From the NCBI GenBank assembly GCA_049967655.1, contig JBMFSH010000007.1, positions 44,805-108,804 on the forward strand: DNA of 64,000 bases. Direction: 5' to 3'. Positions 18,961 through 30,975 of this stretch are shown here, in pieces (within the stretch, counting starts at the first letter, position 1; the number at the start of each line of letters is the position of its first letter). The notes below the pieces were generated by a model. That model was not told the origin of the DNA. It saw nothing but the letters and a program-made list of their open reading frames with translations, and did not search any database. Origin of the DNA: Acidobacteriota bacterium. Its GTDB lineage: Bacteria; Acidobacteriota; UBA4820; DSQY01. Position numbers and translations under genes: made by a program.

Positions 18961-21810
18961 ATGGAGCTGATCCGAATCAAGGGCGCCCGGGAACACAACC
19001 TGAAGAACCTGGACGTCACCCTGCCCAAGAACAAGCTCGTGGTCATCACGGGCCTTTCGGGCTCCGGCAAATCTTCGCTGGCCTTTGACACGCTCTACGC
19101 CGAGGGTCAGCGACGGTACGTGGAGTCGCTCTCTGCCTATGCGCGGCAGTTCCTCGATCTCATGGAGAAGCCCGACGTGGACTCCATCGAGGGGCTCTCA
19201 CCGGCCATCTCCATCGAGCAGAGATCCACCTCCCACAATCCGCGCTCGACGGTCGGGACCGTGACGGAAATCTACGACTATCTCCGCGTGCTCTTCGCCA
19301 GGGTGGGCAAGCCCTTCTGCCCCCAGTGCGGCCGGCCCATCGAGAGCCAGACCGTGCAGCAGATGGTGGACCAGATCCTCTCCCTTCCCGAGGGCGAGCG
19401 GATCTATGTCCTCGCGCCGGTGGTAAGGGGGCGCAAGGGCGAGTACAGGAAGCTGCTGGCCGGGCTTCTCAAGGAGGGGTTTGTCCGCGCCCGGGTGGAC
19501 GGAAAGGTGCTGGACCTCCAGGAGGACCTGGATCTGGCGCGCTACCGCGCCCATACCATCGAGATTCTCGTGGACCGCCTGGTGGTCAAACCCGGTGTGC
19601 AGAGCCGCCTGACCGAATCGGTGGAGCTGGCCCTGCAGAAGGGGGAGGGACTGGTGGTGGTCCACAGGCTGTCGGACGAGAGCGACCTGCTCTTCTCGGA
19701 GCGGCTCTCCTGTCCCACTTGCGGCACATCCCTTCCCGAGCTGGAACCTCGGCTCTTCTCCTTCAACAGCCCGCACGGGGCCTGCACCGAGTGTTCGGGA
19801 CTGGGCGTCAAGATGGAGCTGGATCCGGCCAAGATCGTGCCCAACCCCAACCTCTCCCTTGCTCAAGGGGCGGTTGTGCCCTGGCCCGTGGAGGGAGGCT
19901 TCTGGTATCGCGAGATGATCGAAGGCGTGGGCAGGGACATGGGCTTCTCCCTGAAGAGCCCCTGGTGCAAGCTCCCGGAAGAGGCCCGGCAGGTCATCCT
20001 GTACGGCAGCAACGGCCGAAAGATCGCCTACGACGTGCAGCGGGACCGGAACCGCTACCAGTTCGAGCACGCCTTTGAAGGGGTAATCCCCAACCTCATG
20101 CGGAGGTACCGGGAGACCAAGTCCGACGCCTCCCGGGAGGAGATTGAGGCCTACATGTCCACCTCTCCCTGCCCCGCCTGCGGTGGGAGGCGGCTCAAAC
20201 CCGAAGCCCTCTCGGTCAAGGTGGGGGGGCACACCATCGCGGCGCTCACCGACCTGTCCGTGCGCGAGGCGCGGCGGGCCCTGTCCGAGCTGGAGCTGTC
20301 GCCCCGGGACCAGGAGATCGCCAGAATGGTGCTGAAGGAGATCCGCAGCAGGCTCTCTTTCCTGGACAACGTGGGTCTCGGCTACCTGACGCTCTCGCGG
20401 ACGGCTACCACCCTTTCGGGTGGGGAGAGCCAGCGGATCCGCCTCGCCACGCAGGTGGGCAGCCAGCTGACGGGGGTGCTCTACGTCCTGGACGAGCCCT
20501 CCATCGGGCTCCACCAAAGGGACAACAGGCGCCTGCTGGACACGCTCATGGCCATGCGCGACCTGGGCAACACGGTGGTGGTGGTGGAGCACGACGAGGA
20601 GACGATCCGCACGGCGGATCACGTGGTGGATTTGGGCCCCGGCGCTGGCGTCCACGGGGGAGAGGTGGTGGCCGAGGGTGGGATCGAAGATCTCTGCAGA
20701 GCGCCGAGGTCCGTGACGGGCGCCTACATCTCCGGCCGCAGGTCCATCCCCGTGCCCGCCAAAAGAAGAAAGCCCAGCGGGTGGCTGAAGGTGCTCGGCG
20801 CCTCTGAGCACAACCTCAAAGGGTTGGATGTGGCTATCCCCCTGGGCGTGTTCACGGTGGTGGCCGGGGTTTCCGGCTCGGGGAAGTCCACGCTCGTCCA
20901 CGACATCCTCTACAAGGGGCTCATGCAGCGGATCTACCACAGCATAGACGTGCCCGGCATCCACCGCTCCATAGAGGGATGGGAGAGGGTGGACAAGGTC
21001 ATCGAAATCGACCAGTCGCCCATCGGGCGCACCCCGCGGTCCAACCCCGCCACCTATACGGGGCTCTTCACGCCCATCCGCGACCTCTTCGCACAGGTGC
21101 CCGAGGCTCGCGCGCGAGGGTACAAGCCGGGCCGTTTTTCCTTCAACGTCAAGGGCGGGCGGTGCGAGGCCTGCCAGGGAGACGGGGTCCTCAAGATCGA
21201 GATGCACTTCCTGCCAGACGTCTACGTCACCTGCGACACGTGCAAAGGCATGCGGTACAACCGGGAGACGCTGGAGGTGCGGTACAAGGGAAAGAGCATC
21301 GCCGAGGTGCTGGACATGACCGTGAGCGAGGCTCTCGAATTCTTCGACAAGATCCCCCTAGTCCGGAAGAAACTTCAGACCCTGGCCGATGTGGGGCTGG
21401 GGTACCTGCACCTGGGCCAGCAGGCCACCACCCTCTCGGGCGGCGAAGCCCAGCGGATCAAGCTGGCGAGAGAGCTCAGCCGGCGGGCCACCGGGAACAC
21501 GCTCTACGTGCTGGACGAACCCACCACGGGCCTCCATTTCGAGGACGTGCGTCATCTGCTCAACGTCCTGCAGCGACTGGTGGAGGCGGGCAATACGGTG
21601 GTGGTGATCGAGCATAATCTGGATGTGATCAAGAGCGCCGACGCGGTGCTCGAACTGGGCCCCGAAGGCGGGGAGGAGGGCGGCCGCCTGGTCGCCTGCG
21701 GAACGCCGGAAGAGGTGGCGAAGGTGCCATCGTCGCCAACCGGGGAGTTCCTGAAGCGAATTCTATGCGAGGGATCCGATGAAAAACTGGCCCGAGCCAT
21801 ACCGGATTAA
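18961..21810 (+). CDS. uvrA: Excinuclease ABC subunit A
   Basis: GAREHNLKN, two Walker A motifs ([16 protein letters not shown]), LSGGE signatures, zinc fingers; start at MELIRIKG. Confidence 0.98.
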   Translation: MELIRIKGAREHNLKNLDVTLPKNKLVVITGLSGSGKSSLAFDTLYAEGQRRYVESLSAYARQFLDLMEKPDVDSIEGLSPAISIEQRSTSHNPRSTVGTVTEIYDYLRVLFARVGKPFCPQCGRPIESQTVQQMVDQILSLPEGERIYVLAPVVRGRKGEYRKLLAGLLKEGFVRARVDGKVLDLQEDLDLARYRAHTIEILVDRLVVKPGVQSRLTESVELALQKGEGLVVVHRLSDESDLLFSERLSCPTCGTSLPELEPRLFSFNSPHGACTECSGLGVKMELDPAKIVPNPNLSLAQGAVVPWPVEGGFWYREMIEGVGRDMGFSLKSPWCKLPEEARQVILYGSNGRKIAYDVQRDRNRYQFEHAFEGVIPNLMRRYRETKSDASREEIEAYMSTSPCPACGGRRLKPEALSVKVGGHTIAALTDLSVREARRALSELELSPRDQEIARMVLKEIRSRLSFLDNVGLGYLTLSRTATTLSGGESQRIRLATQVGSQLTGVLYVLDEPSIGLHQRDNRRLLDTLMAMRDLGNTVVVVEHDEETIRTADHVVDLGPGAGVHGGEVVAEGGIEDLCRAPRSVTGAYISGRRSIPVPAKRRKPSGWLKVLGASEHNLKGLDVAIPLGVFTVVAGVSGSGKSTLVHDILYKGLMQRIYHSIDVPGIHRSIEGWERVDKVIEIDQSPIGRTPRSNPATYTGLFTPIRDLFAQVPEARARGYKPGRFSFNVKGGRCEACQGDGVLKIEMHFLPDVYVTCDTCKGMRYNRETLEVRYKGKSIAEVLDMTVSEALEFFDKIPLVRKKLQTLADVGLGYLHLGQQATTLSGGEAQRIKLARELSRRATGNTLYVLDEPTTGLHFEDVRHLLNVLQRLVEAGNTVVVIEHNLDVIKSADAVLELGPEGGEEGGRLVACGTPEEVAKVPSSPTGEFLKRILCEGSDEKLARAIPD

Positions 21811-23152
21811 GATGGTGGAGGCGATCCAACTGCCTCGGCGGAAGGAACGAGAACGCATTCTACGGGAGGCCGGCTACAACCTTTTCATGGTGCGGGCCGA
21901 AGACGTCTTCGTCGACCTCCTGACCGATTCGGGGACAGGGGCCATGAGCGACAAGCAGTGGTCCGCCCTCATGCGCGGGGACGAGTCTTACGCGCAGGCC
22001 CGTTCCTGGTTCCGCTTCTACGAGGCGGTGCGGGGACTCACCGGCATGGAGCACGTGCTCCCCACGCACCAGGGCAGGGCTGCCGAGAACCTGCTCTTCT
22101 CCCAGATCGCCCGGCCCGGCCTCAGCATCCCAAACAACAGCCACTTCGATACGACGAGGGCCAACATCGAGTTCTTCGGAGCCGAGGCGGTTGATTTGGT
22201 GATTCCGGAGGGCAGGGACATCCACCTCGACCACCCCTTCAAGGGGAACATGGACCTGAACCGCCTCGAAACCCTCCTGAAGGAGAAGGGGAGGAGGTCC
22301 GTTCCCCTGTGCATGATCACCATCACCAACAACACGGGGGGCGGCCAGCCCGTCTCCCTGGCCAACATCAGGGCCACGGGGGAGCTCTGTCGGCGGTACG
22401 GGGTCCCCCTGTTCCTGGACTGCTGCCGCTTTGCGGAGAACGCCTACTTCATCAAGCGGCGGGAGCCCGAATGCGCGCACATGAGCATCCGCGAGATCGC
22501 GGCGGCCATGTTCGCCTGCGCCGACGGGGCCACCATGAGCGCCAAGAAGGATGGTCTCGGGAACATCGGGGGCTTTCTCGCGCTTCGGGATGGAGAGCTC
22601 GCCGCCCGGCTCAAGTCGATGCTGATCCTCAAGGAGGGGTTCCCCACTTACGGAGGCCTCGCCGGAAGGGATCTGGAGGCCCTCGCCCAAGGATTCGAGG
22701 AAGTCCAGGAGGAGGACTACCTGGAGGCCAGGGTCGGCCAGATCGCGCGGTTCGGCGAGGCCCTCAAGGCCCGGGGCGTGCCCATCCTGGAGCCCACGGG
22801 AGGGCACGCCGTCTACCTGGATGCCCGCGGGATCCTGCCGCACGTTCCCGCCCATGCCTTCCCCGCCCAGAGCCTCACGGCAGCGCTTTACTTGGAGGGC
22901 GGCGTGCGTGGCGTGGAGATCGGCTCGCTCATGTTCGGGAAGACGGGAAAGGACGGCCGGTTCCTCCCCGCCGCCCTGGAGCTGGTGCGGCTCGCCGTGC
23001 CCAGGAGGGTCTACACCGACAACCACCTCGGGTACGTGGCCGACGTGGCCGGGGAGATCGTCCGAAACGCCTCCAGTTGCAGAGGATACCGCATCGTGGA
23101 GGAGGCCCCCTTCCTCCGGCATTTTACGGCGAGGCTCGAGCCGTTGGCCTGA
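21779..23152 (+). CDS. tnaA: Tryptophanase (beta-eliminating lyase)
   Basis: [31 protein letters not shown] lysine (tyrosine phenol-lyase usually has MSGKKD), LRHFTAR. Confidence 0.85.
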   Translation: MKNWPEPYRIKMVEAIQLPRRKERERILREAGYNLFMVRAEDVFVDLLTDSGTGAMSDKQWSALMRGDESYAQARSWFRFYEAVRGLTGMEHVLPTHQGRAAENLLFSQIARPGLSIPNNSHFDTTRANIEFFGAEAVDLVIPEGRDIHLDHPFKGNMDLNRLETLLKEKGRRSVPLCMITITNNTGGGQPVSLANIRATGELCRRYGVPLFLDCCRFAENAYFIKRREPECAHMSIREIAAAMFACADGATMSAKKDGLGNIGGFLALRDGELAARLKSMLILKEGFPTYGGLAGRDLEALAQGFEEVQEEDYLEARVGQIARFGEALKARGVPILEPTGGHAVYLDARGILPHVPAHAFPAQSLTAALYLEGGVRGVEIGSLMFGKTGKDGRFLPAALELVRLAVPRRVYTDNHLGYVADVAGEIVRNASSCRGYRIVEEAPFLRHFTARLEPLA

Positions 23153-23203
23153 GGCATTGAGAAGCTGGGCCTCTTTGCGTATCGTAGTCCTTGTGAAGGA
23201 TGC

Positions 23204-23860
23204 GTGGCTGTCATGATCACTGGATTCAACCAGGATGTCGTGCACAAGGGCAAGGTCTACCACGTCCAGACCGAGGACCGCGGGCTGGACAATCCGGTAA
23301 TCGAGACCCTCATCTACTCGGGAGGAGAGATCCTCGCCTCGAAAAAGACCTCCTACAAGGAGCTGGTGGAGCACGGGTACGAGGAGGCCAAGCTCGCCGC
23401 GCTGCTCGAGCAGCAGCACCGCCGCATCGTGGTCGATATCAAGCTGGGCAAGTATTCCAAGGAGCCCGTGGAGACCTTCGGACAGGGACTCATCTCCTCG
23501 AAGAGCCTGGATGAGGTCATCCTCGAGTATCTGACGAGCGAGAGCGAGGGGGAGAAACTGGTTGCCGAAATCCTGGACCAGTCGCCCTACGTGGCCGGCG
23601 AACGGGGTTGGGTGCATCTCAGGGTCCAGACCGACATCACGCGGAATCCCTTGCCGGGGGCGTCGGTATCGGTCCGCCTGGCGGCGAGCGACGGGCACAG
23701 CGCGGAGCTCTACCGCGGAAGCACGGGGCCCGACGGACTGTGCAACGCCTCCTTTCTCCTCCCCCCCGTGGAGGGCAACGCGGTGGTCGTCATCCAGGTG
23801 ACCCACGCGCAGGGGAGATTCCAGACCAAGACCCTCATCACCAAGAGGAACCCGCGATGA
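23204..23860 (+). CDS. Conserved hypothetical protein (N-terminal YHVQTED domain + Ig-like C-terminus)
   Basis: MITGFNQDVVHKGKVYHVQTEDRG...IETLIY; beta-rich C-terminal half. Confidence 0.75.
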   Translation: MAVMITGFNQDVVHKGKVYHVQTEDRGLDNPVIETLIYSGGEILASKKTSYKELVEHGYEEAKLAALLEQQHRRIVVDIKLGKYSKEPVETFGQGLISSKSLDEVILEYLTSESEGEKLVAEILDQSPYVAGERGWVHLRVQTDITRNPLPGASVSVRLAASDGHSAELYRGSTGPDGLCNASFLLPPVEGNAVVVIQVTHAQGRFQTKTLITKRNPR

Positions 23861-24057
23861 CCCTCACTCTGAACGGTTCCCCGGTGGCCCTCGAGGAGGG
23901 TCTCACGGTGGCGGCCCTTCTTCAGCGGCTGGAGCTTTCTCGGGAGCGCGTTGCCATCGAGCGAAACGGCTCTATCCTTCCCAGGGTCGCCTACGAGGAG
24001 ACCCGCCTCGCCGAGGGTGACAGGCTGGAGATCGTACAGTTCGTGGGAGGCGGCTAG
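23857..24057 (+). CDS. thiS: ThiS-family sulfur carrier (ubiquitin-like)
   Basis: MTLTLNG...VAIERNG...GDRLEIVQFVGGG; ATGA overlap with the upstream gene. Confidence 0.9.
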   Translation: MTLTLNGSPVALEEGLTVAALLQRLELSRERVAIERNGSILPRVAYEETRLAEGDRLEIVQFVGGG

Positions 24058-24138
24058 AACAAGGCGCCGAGACAAGGCCCTTCGCCGGGGGATGTTCGGC
24101 GGCGGCAAGATGCCGTCATGGGCCGAGGCCGGGCCGGC

Positions 24139-24213
24139 TGGTGGGCGGTACCGGGTTTGAACCAGTGACATCCTGCTTGTAAGGCAGGCGCTCTCCCGCT
24201 GAGCTAACCGCCC
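24139..24213 (-). tRNA. tRNA-Val(TAC)
   Basis: Reverse complement GGGCGGTTAGCTCAG...CCTGC-CTTACAA-GCAGG...GGTTCAAACC...ACCGCCCACCA. Confidence 0.97.
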
Positions 24214-24221
24214 AGAGGGGG

Positions 24222-24250
24222 AGTGTAACCGCCGTTCGATGCCGCGTCAA
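24222..24250 (-). promoter_or_regulatory. sigma70 promoter of tRNA-Val
   Basis: TTGACG-N17-TACACT on the minus strand. Confidence 0.7.
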
Positions 24251-24301
24251 ACGGGCAGCCCGTTTCCCTCTGGGTGAAAAGACAAGGCGGCCCAGAACTT
24301 C

Positions 24302-24330
24302 TTGACCCCCCCTGGGAAATCTGCTAGGCT
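24302..24330 (+). promoter_or_regulatory. sigma70 promoter of the atp operon
   Basis: TTGACC-N17-TAGGCT with a TG extension. Confidence 0.6.
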
Positions 24331-24372
24331 AAACCCTCTGCTTGGCCCGACCGTTCATGGGGGGGATCGACC

Positions 24373-24816
24373 GTGCTCGAAGAGCTAATGAAGAGTTACT
24401 GGCATATTCCCATCATCATGGGAATGGTCCTGGTGTACGGCATCCTGTTGAACAAGGTCTTTTTTCGGCCGGTTCAGGGGGTGCTGGAAGAGCGGAAGAA
24501 ACGCGTCAGAGAGTCGGGAACCCTTTCTGATCAATCCAAGGACGTCCTGAGCAAGCGTTTCGCGGAGTACGAGCAGGCCGTTTTGGAAGCTCACCGCAAA
24601 GCCACTCACCTGAAAGAGCAGGCCCGGAACGAAGCCTACGAATACCGCAGCAGAGTTCTGGGCGACGTGAAGGCCGAGGTGGCCAAGAACCTCCAGCGAG
24701 CCGAGGAAGAGCTTAGGGAGAACATCTCCGCGGTGAAGCGGGACCTGGAGGGACAAATCCCCCATTTCGCCAAGGCCTTGGCCTCCAAGCTTCTGGGCCG
24801 TGAGGTGACGGCATGA
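24373..24816 (+). CDS. ATP synthase F0 subunit b'
   Basis: N-terminal TM helix, LNKVFFRPV...ERK, long helix; first gene of the atp block. Confidence 0.85.
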   Translation: MLEELMKSYWHIPIIMGMVLVYGILLNKVFFRPVQGVLEERKKRVRESGTLSDQSKDVLSKRFAEYEQAVLEAHRKATHLKEQARNEAYEYRSRVLGDVKAEVAKNLQRAEEELRENISAVKRDLEGQIPHFAKALASKLLGREVTA

Positions 24817-25418
24817 TCAAGAGGCTTTCGCTCGCGGTCCTGCTCTGGCTCCCGGCTTTGGTCGTGATGGCGCAGGAGGCCTCCGAGGGGCATGGGGCAG
24901 AGGGAGGCTGGATGGCCCCCATCTGGCACGTCCCCATGATCGCTTGGCAGGTCGTGAACTTCCTGCTGGTGGTGGGGTTGTTCATCTACCTGTTGAGGAG
25001 GCCCGCCCCAGAATTTTTCGAATCCAGGGCTAGGGAGATCCAGGCACTCCTGGAGAAGGCTCTCAAAGAGAAGGAAGAGGCGCTGGCTCGGCTGAAGGAG
25101 GTGGAGGAGAAGATGGCCCGCCTCGGCGACGAGGTGGCCTCCATCGAGAAGGCCTCGAAGGAGTCGGCGGAGGCTGACAAGCGCAGGGTTCTGGAAGAGG
25201 CTGAGGCGGCCAGGCTTCGCATTGGAGAGGAGGCGCGCGCCGAGATGGAACGGCGCGTTCTGGAGGCGAAGCGGGATCTGCGCGCCTTCGCCGCCGATAT
25301 GGCGGTAAAAATGGCCAGGGAACTGTTGGCACAGAACCTTACGGATGAGGACGAGCAGCGGCTTCAGAGTGAATTTCTTGGGCTTCTGGAGGAGGAGAGC
25401 CATGAGCAGCATCGGTAA
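24813..25418 (+). CDS. atpF: ATP synthase F0 subunit b
   Basis: WQVVNFLLVVGL TM helix + coiled coil. Confidence 0.88.
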   Translation: MIKRLSLAVLLWLPALVVMAQEASEGHGAEGGWMAPIWHVPMIAWQVVNFLLVVGLFIYLLRRPAPEFFESRAREIQALLEKALKEKEEALARLKEVEEKMARLGDEVASIEKASKESAEADKRRVLEEAEAARLRIGEEARAEMERRVLEAKRDLRAFAADMAVKMARELLAQNLTDEDEQRLQSEFLGLLEEESHEQHR

Positions 25419-25935
25419 GCGCTACGCGCAGGCGCTCCTCGCGAACCTCGGGACGGAGCCCGTGGACGCCGTTCTAGCGGACCTCAAGGCCTTTGGGGCC
25501 ATGCTGAAGCAGGTTCCCGAGCTGGGCCGGGTTATAGAGAATCCGGGCATTCCCGCCGAGGTCAAGGGGCGGCTGGTGAGGGAGCTGGCGAAGCGGTTGG
25601 GGCTCAGGGACGTTTCGATCCGGTTCGTGCTCATGGCCATTGAACACCGCCGTCTCCGCCAGTGGGAGGAGATAGTGGCCGCCTTTTCGGCCATAAGGGA
25701 TGAGAAGGCAGGGGTCCAGCGCGCGCAGGTCGTGTCCGCTCGGCCCCTGAGCGAGAGAGCGCGCAAGGAAATGTCTGCCCGGCTGGCATCCATCTTCGGG
25801 CGAACGGTGGAACTGGAGACGAAGGTTGCCAGCGAGCTATTGGGGGGTATTCAGCTTCACGTGGGGTCAACCGTGTACGACGGGTCCGTTGCCGGCGCCC
25901 TGAAGTCCGTGCATCAGGATCTCGTGAAGGGGTAG
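25402..25935 (+). CDS. atpH: ATP synthase F1 delta subunit
   Basis: KRYAQAL, LLGGIQLHVGSTVYDGSV. Confidence 0.93.
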   Translation: MSSIGKRYAQALLANLGTEPVDAVLADLKAFGAMLKQVPELGRVIENPGIPAEVKGRLVRELAKRLGLRDVSIRFVLMAIEHRRLRQWEEIVAAFSAIRDEKAGVQRAQVVSARPLSERARKEMSARLASIFGRTVELETKVASELLGGIQLHVGSTVYDGSVAGALKSVHQDLVKG

Positions 25936-25941
25936 GCGAGC

Positions 25942-27462
25942 ATGATCAAGACGGACGAGATCAGCAGGATTCTGAAGGCCCAGCTCGAAGGATACGAAAC
26001 GAAGCTGGACGTGGCGGAGGTGGGCTACGTGACCTCCGTGGGCGACGGCATTGCCCGGATCTACGGTCTGGAGAAGGTCATGGCCGGTGAATTGCTCGCC
26101 TTCCCGGGCGACATGTTCGGCATGGCCCTCAACCTGGAAGAGGACAGCGTGGGCGCCGTGCTCATGGGCGAGACGGATAAGATCCGTGAGGGGGACGAGG
26201 TCCGGCGCACCAAGCAAATCATGTCGGTGCCGGTGACCGAGGCGATGATCGGACGAGTCATCGATCCCATCGGGCAGGTGCAGGACGGTCGGGGGCCCAT
26301 CGAATCCACCGAGCGCTACCCGATCGAGAGAATCGCCCCGGGCATCGTCCAGCGGGAGCCCGTCAAGGTGCCGCTGCAGACGGGCATTAAGCCCATCGAT
26401 GCCATGATTCCCATCGGCAGAGGCCAGCGCGAGCTGATCATAGGCGATCGCCAGACGGGCAAGACCGCCGTAGCGCTGGACACCATCATCAACCAGAAGG
26501 GTAAAGGGGTGATCTGCATCTACGTGGCCATCGGGCAGAAGCGCTCGACGGTCGCGCAGGTGGTGAAGACGCTGGAGGACTACGGGGCCATGGAACACAC
26601 CATCGTGGTGTCGGCCTCGGCCTCGGAGCCGGCTTCGCTTCAGTACATCGCCCCGTATGCAGGCTGCGCCATCGGCGAGTATTTCATGCACAAGGGGGGT
26701 CACGTGCTCTGCGTGTACGACGACCTCTCGAAGCACGCCGCGGCCTACCGCGAGATCTCGCTGCTCCTCCGGCGTCCGCCGGGCCGCGAAGCCTACCCGG
26801 GCGACGTGTTCTATCTGCACTCCCGGCTGCTGGAGCGCGCGGCTAAGCTGAGCGAGAAGCAGGGCGGCGGATCGCTAACGGCCCTGCCCATCATCGAGAC
26901 GCAGGCGGGGGATGTGTCGGCCTACATCCCCACGAACGTCATCTCCATTACGGACGGGCAGATCTATCTGGAGAGCGACCTCTTCTACCAGGGCGTCCGT
27001 CCCGCCCTGAACGTGGGCATCTCCGTAAGCCGCGTGGGAGGAAACGCGCAGATCAAGGCCATGAAATCCGTGGCGGGGACCCTGCGCCTCGAACTGGCGC
27101 AGTATCGCGAGCTCGCGGCCTTCGCCCAATTCGGGTCGGACCTGGACAAGGGCACGCAGGCGCAACTGAACCGTGGCGCACGCCTGGTTGAGATCCTAAA
27201 GCAGGACCAGTACCAGCCCCTGGACGTAATCAAGCAGATCGCCATCATCTACGCGGGCACGCACGCCTGGCTCGATGACTTGGCAGTGAGCGAGTGCCGG
27301 ACGTTCGAGGCCGGGCTCTACAAGTACCTGGACCTGAACGGCCAGGCCTGGATGGAGGCCCTGCGTGAGAAGAAGGTGCTCGACGAGACGCTGACGGCTC
27401 AGCTGGAGGAGCTTCTGAAGTCCTTCAAGCACCAGTATGTGAAAGAACGGGAAGCGAAGTGA
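25942..27462 (+). CDS. atpA: ATP synthase F1 alpha subunit
   Basis: [30 protein letters not shown]. Confidence 0.99.
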   Translation: MIKTDEISRILKAQLEGYETKLDVAEVGYVTSVGDGIARIYGLEKVMAGELLAFPGDMFGMALNLEEDSVGAVLMGETDKIREGDEVRRTKQIMSVPVTEAMIGRVIDPIGQVQDGRGPIESTERYPIERIAPGIVQREPVKVPLQTGIKPIDAMIPIGRGQRELIIGDRQTGKTAVALDTIINQKGKGVICIYVAIGQKRSTVAQVVKTLEDYGAMEHTIVVSASASEPASLQYIAPYAGCAIGEYFMHKGGHVLCVYDDLSKHAAAYREISLLLRRPPGREAYPGDVFYLHSRLLERAAKLSEKQGGGSLTALPIIETQAGDVSAYIPTNVISITDGQIYLESDLFYQGVRPALNVGISVSRVGGNAQIKAMKSVAGTLRLELAQYRELAAFAQFGSDLDKGTQAQLNRGARLVEILKQDQYQPLDVIKQIAIIYAGTHAWLDDLAVSECRTFEAGLYKYLDLNGQAWMEALREKKVLDETLTAQLEELLKSFKHQYVKEREAK

Positions 27463-27465
27463 GCC

Positions 27466-28329
27466 ATGCCCAACCTGCGCGACATTAGGCGCCGTATCCG
27501 CTCGGTGCAGAACACCCAGCAGATCACCAAGGCCATGAAGATGGTGGCCGCGGCGAAGCTGCGGCGTTCCCAGGAGCGGATGTTTGCAGCCAGGCCCTAC
27601 GCGAACAAGATGCTCGAGGTCCTCAACTCGCTGGCCAGCCGAGCGCAACAGAGCGTCCACCCGCTGCTTGACATGCGGCCGGAGGAGCGCGTGTTGGTGG
27701 TGGTGGTGACGGCGGACCGGGGCCTGTGCGGAGCGTTTAACACCAATATTCAACGCCACGCAGGCCGGTTTCTGAGGGAGCTGGCTCAGGAAGGCAAGGA
27801 GATCACGCTGGCCTGTGTCGGCAGGAAGGGCCGGGAGTTTTTCCGCCGACGGGAATTCACCATCGCCCAGAGCTGGGTGGGGATCTTCAACAAGATCCGG
27901 TATGAGGACGCCAGCGAGATGGCGGAGTATCTGAGCGGTCTCTACACGGAGAAGAGGGTCGACGCCATCTATTTGATATACAACGAATTCAAGAGCGTCA
28001 TCGCACAGCGGATCGTGACGGAGAAGCTCTTGCCCATCCCGCGGCTCACCTTCGAGGAGCCGACGGTGATGGAGGACTACCTGTACGAACCTACGGAGCG
28101 GGAGCTGTTCGAGACGCTTCTGCCGAGGCACGTGGCGTTCCAGGTGTATCGCTCCGTTCTCGAGTCGGCCGCGGCGGAGCACGGCGCCCGCATGACGGCC
28201 ATGGAGAGCGCCACCAACAACGCGCGGGACATGATCGACCGGCTTACGCTGTACGCGAACCGAGTTCGTCAGGCGGCGATCACCAAAGAGATTATCGAGG
28301 TCGTGAGCGGGGCCCAGGCCCTCGGGTGA
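27466..28329 (+). CDS. atpG: ATP synthase F1 gamma subunit
   Basis: ITKAMKMVAAAKL, DRGLCG, RQAAITKEIIEV. Confidence 0.98.
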   Translation: MPNLRDIRRRIRSVQNTQQITKAMKMVAAAKLRRSQERMFAARPYANKMLEVLNSLASRAQQSVHPLLDMRPEERVLVVVVTADRGLCGAFNTNIQRHAGRFLRELAQEGKEITLACVGRKGREFFRRREFTIAQSWVGIFNKIRYEDASEMAEYLSGLYTEKRVDAIYLIYNEFKSVIAQRIVTEKLLPIPRLTFEEPTVMEDYLYEPTERELFETLLPRHVAFQVYRSVLESAAAEHGARMTAMESATNNARDMIDRLTLYANRVRQAAITKEIIEVVSGAQALG

Positions 28330-29784
<1,455 letters not shown>

Positions 29785-29790
29785 GGGGCG

Positions 29791-30219
29791 ATGGCACAAT
29801 TCACGTTGCCCACCAAGATCACGCTGAACATCGTCACTCCGGAAAGAAACGTCGTCTGCGAGGTGATCGACGAGGTCGTGTTACCGGGCACTTTGGGCTA
29901 TCTGGGGGCGTTGCCGGGCCACACGCCGCTCTTGACTTCGCTCAAGATTGGTGAAATAAAATATAGGGTTGGAAGCCAGTGGCGGTACCTCTGCGTGTCC
30001 TGGGGATTCGTGGAGATTCTGCCCGACCGTGTGACGGTGCTCGCCGACATCGCCGAACCCGCCGAAGAGATCGACGTGGAGAGGGCGCGGGAGGCGAAGG
30101 CCTCCGCGGAGAAGCGGCTGAAGAACCCGGATGCAGAGTTTCTCCAGGAGCAGATTGCCCTGGAACAGGCCTTGATTCGGTTGCAAGTGGCCGCGAAGGC
30201 AGCGCGGACCCCTTCGTGA
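29791..30219 (+). CDS. atpC: ATP synthase F1 epsilon subunit
   Basis: IVTPE, LPGHTPL, EEIDVERA. Confidence 0.95.
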   Translation: MAQFTLPTKITLNIVTPERNVVCEVIDEVVLPGTLGYLGALPGHTPLLTSLKIGEIKYRVGSQWRYLCVSWGFVEILPDRVTVLADIAEPAEEIDVERAREAKASAEKRLKNPDAEFLQEQIALEQALIRLQVAAKAARTPS

Positions 30220-30245
30220 CCCCCCCTTGAGAGTGAGAACGGCTC

Positions 30246-30383
30246 ATGAAGAGAACCTACCAGCCCAACAGGCATCGCCGAGCCAAGACGCACGGCTTCC
30301 GTGCGCGCATGGCTACCAAGGGCGGGCGTGAAGTCCTTGCCCGTAGGCGGGCGAAAGGGAGATGGCGTCTCACGCCTGCGTAA
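30246..30383 (+). CDS. rpmH: 50S ribosomal protein L34 (too short for the ORF track)
   Basis: Translates to [45 protein letters not shown]. Confidence 0.97.
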   Translation: MKRTYQPNRHRRAKTHGFRARMATKGGREVLARRRAKGRWRLTPA

Positions 30384-30754
30384 CGCCCCGGACCGGATCC
30401 TTTCGAAAAGAAGACAGGGTTCGAAAGCGGCACGAATACCTGGAGAGCTATCGGCGGTGTAAGCCCATGCACACCGCGCATTTGGTGTTTTACGCCCGGC
30501 CCGAGGAGGGCGGGCGGCGCCGGTTTGGGTGTACGGTGCCGAAGAAGGTCGGAAAGGCGGTGACGCGAAACCGCCTGAAGCGCCTCTTCAGGGAGGCCTT
30601 CCGGAAGACGCGCCAGACGTTGCCGGAGGGGTGCGTACTGATCGTGAATGCAAAGCGGTCCGCCGCGGACATGGGCCACCAAGAGGTGCTGGAAGCCTTC
30701 CAGAAGATCAGCGCGCGGCTGGCCGAGGAGGGATATCCCCCGTGCGAGCCGTGA
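30362..30754 (+). CDS. rnpA: Ribonuclease P protein component
   Basis: [17 protein letters not shown] motif; synteny after rpmH; start uncertain. Confidence 0.92.
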   Translation: MASHACVTPRTGSFRKEDRVRKRHEYLESYRRCKPMHTAHLVFYARPEEGGRRRFGCTVPKKVGKAVTRNRLKRLFREAFRKTRQTLPEGCVLIVNAKRSAADMGHQEVLEAFQKISARLAEEGYPPCEP

Positions 30755-30975
30755 TGCTCTTCCTGATCCGGCTCTACCAGTGGACCTTGAGCCCCTGGCT
30801 GGGGGGAGCCTGCCGTTTTTACCCGTCGTGCTCGGAGTACGCCTATCGGGCGGTCTCCGAATACGGCGCGATGAAAGGCGGGTGGATGGGGATTCGGCGT
30901 GTGTTGAGGTGCAATCCCTTCTGCGAAGGCGGTTACGACCCTGTTCCGGCGTCGGCCGGAAAACGGAGCAAGTAG
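30742..30975 (+). CDS. yidD: Membrane protein insertion efficiency factor
   Basis: CRFYPSCSEY, RCNPFCEGGYDPVP. Confidence 0.93.
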   Translation: MRAVMLFLIRLYQWTLSPWLGGACRFYPSCSEYAYRAVSEYGAMKGGWMGIRRVLRCNPFCEGGYDPVPASAGKRSK

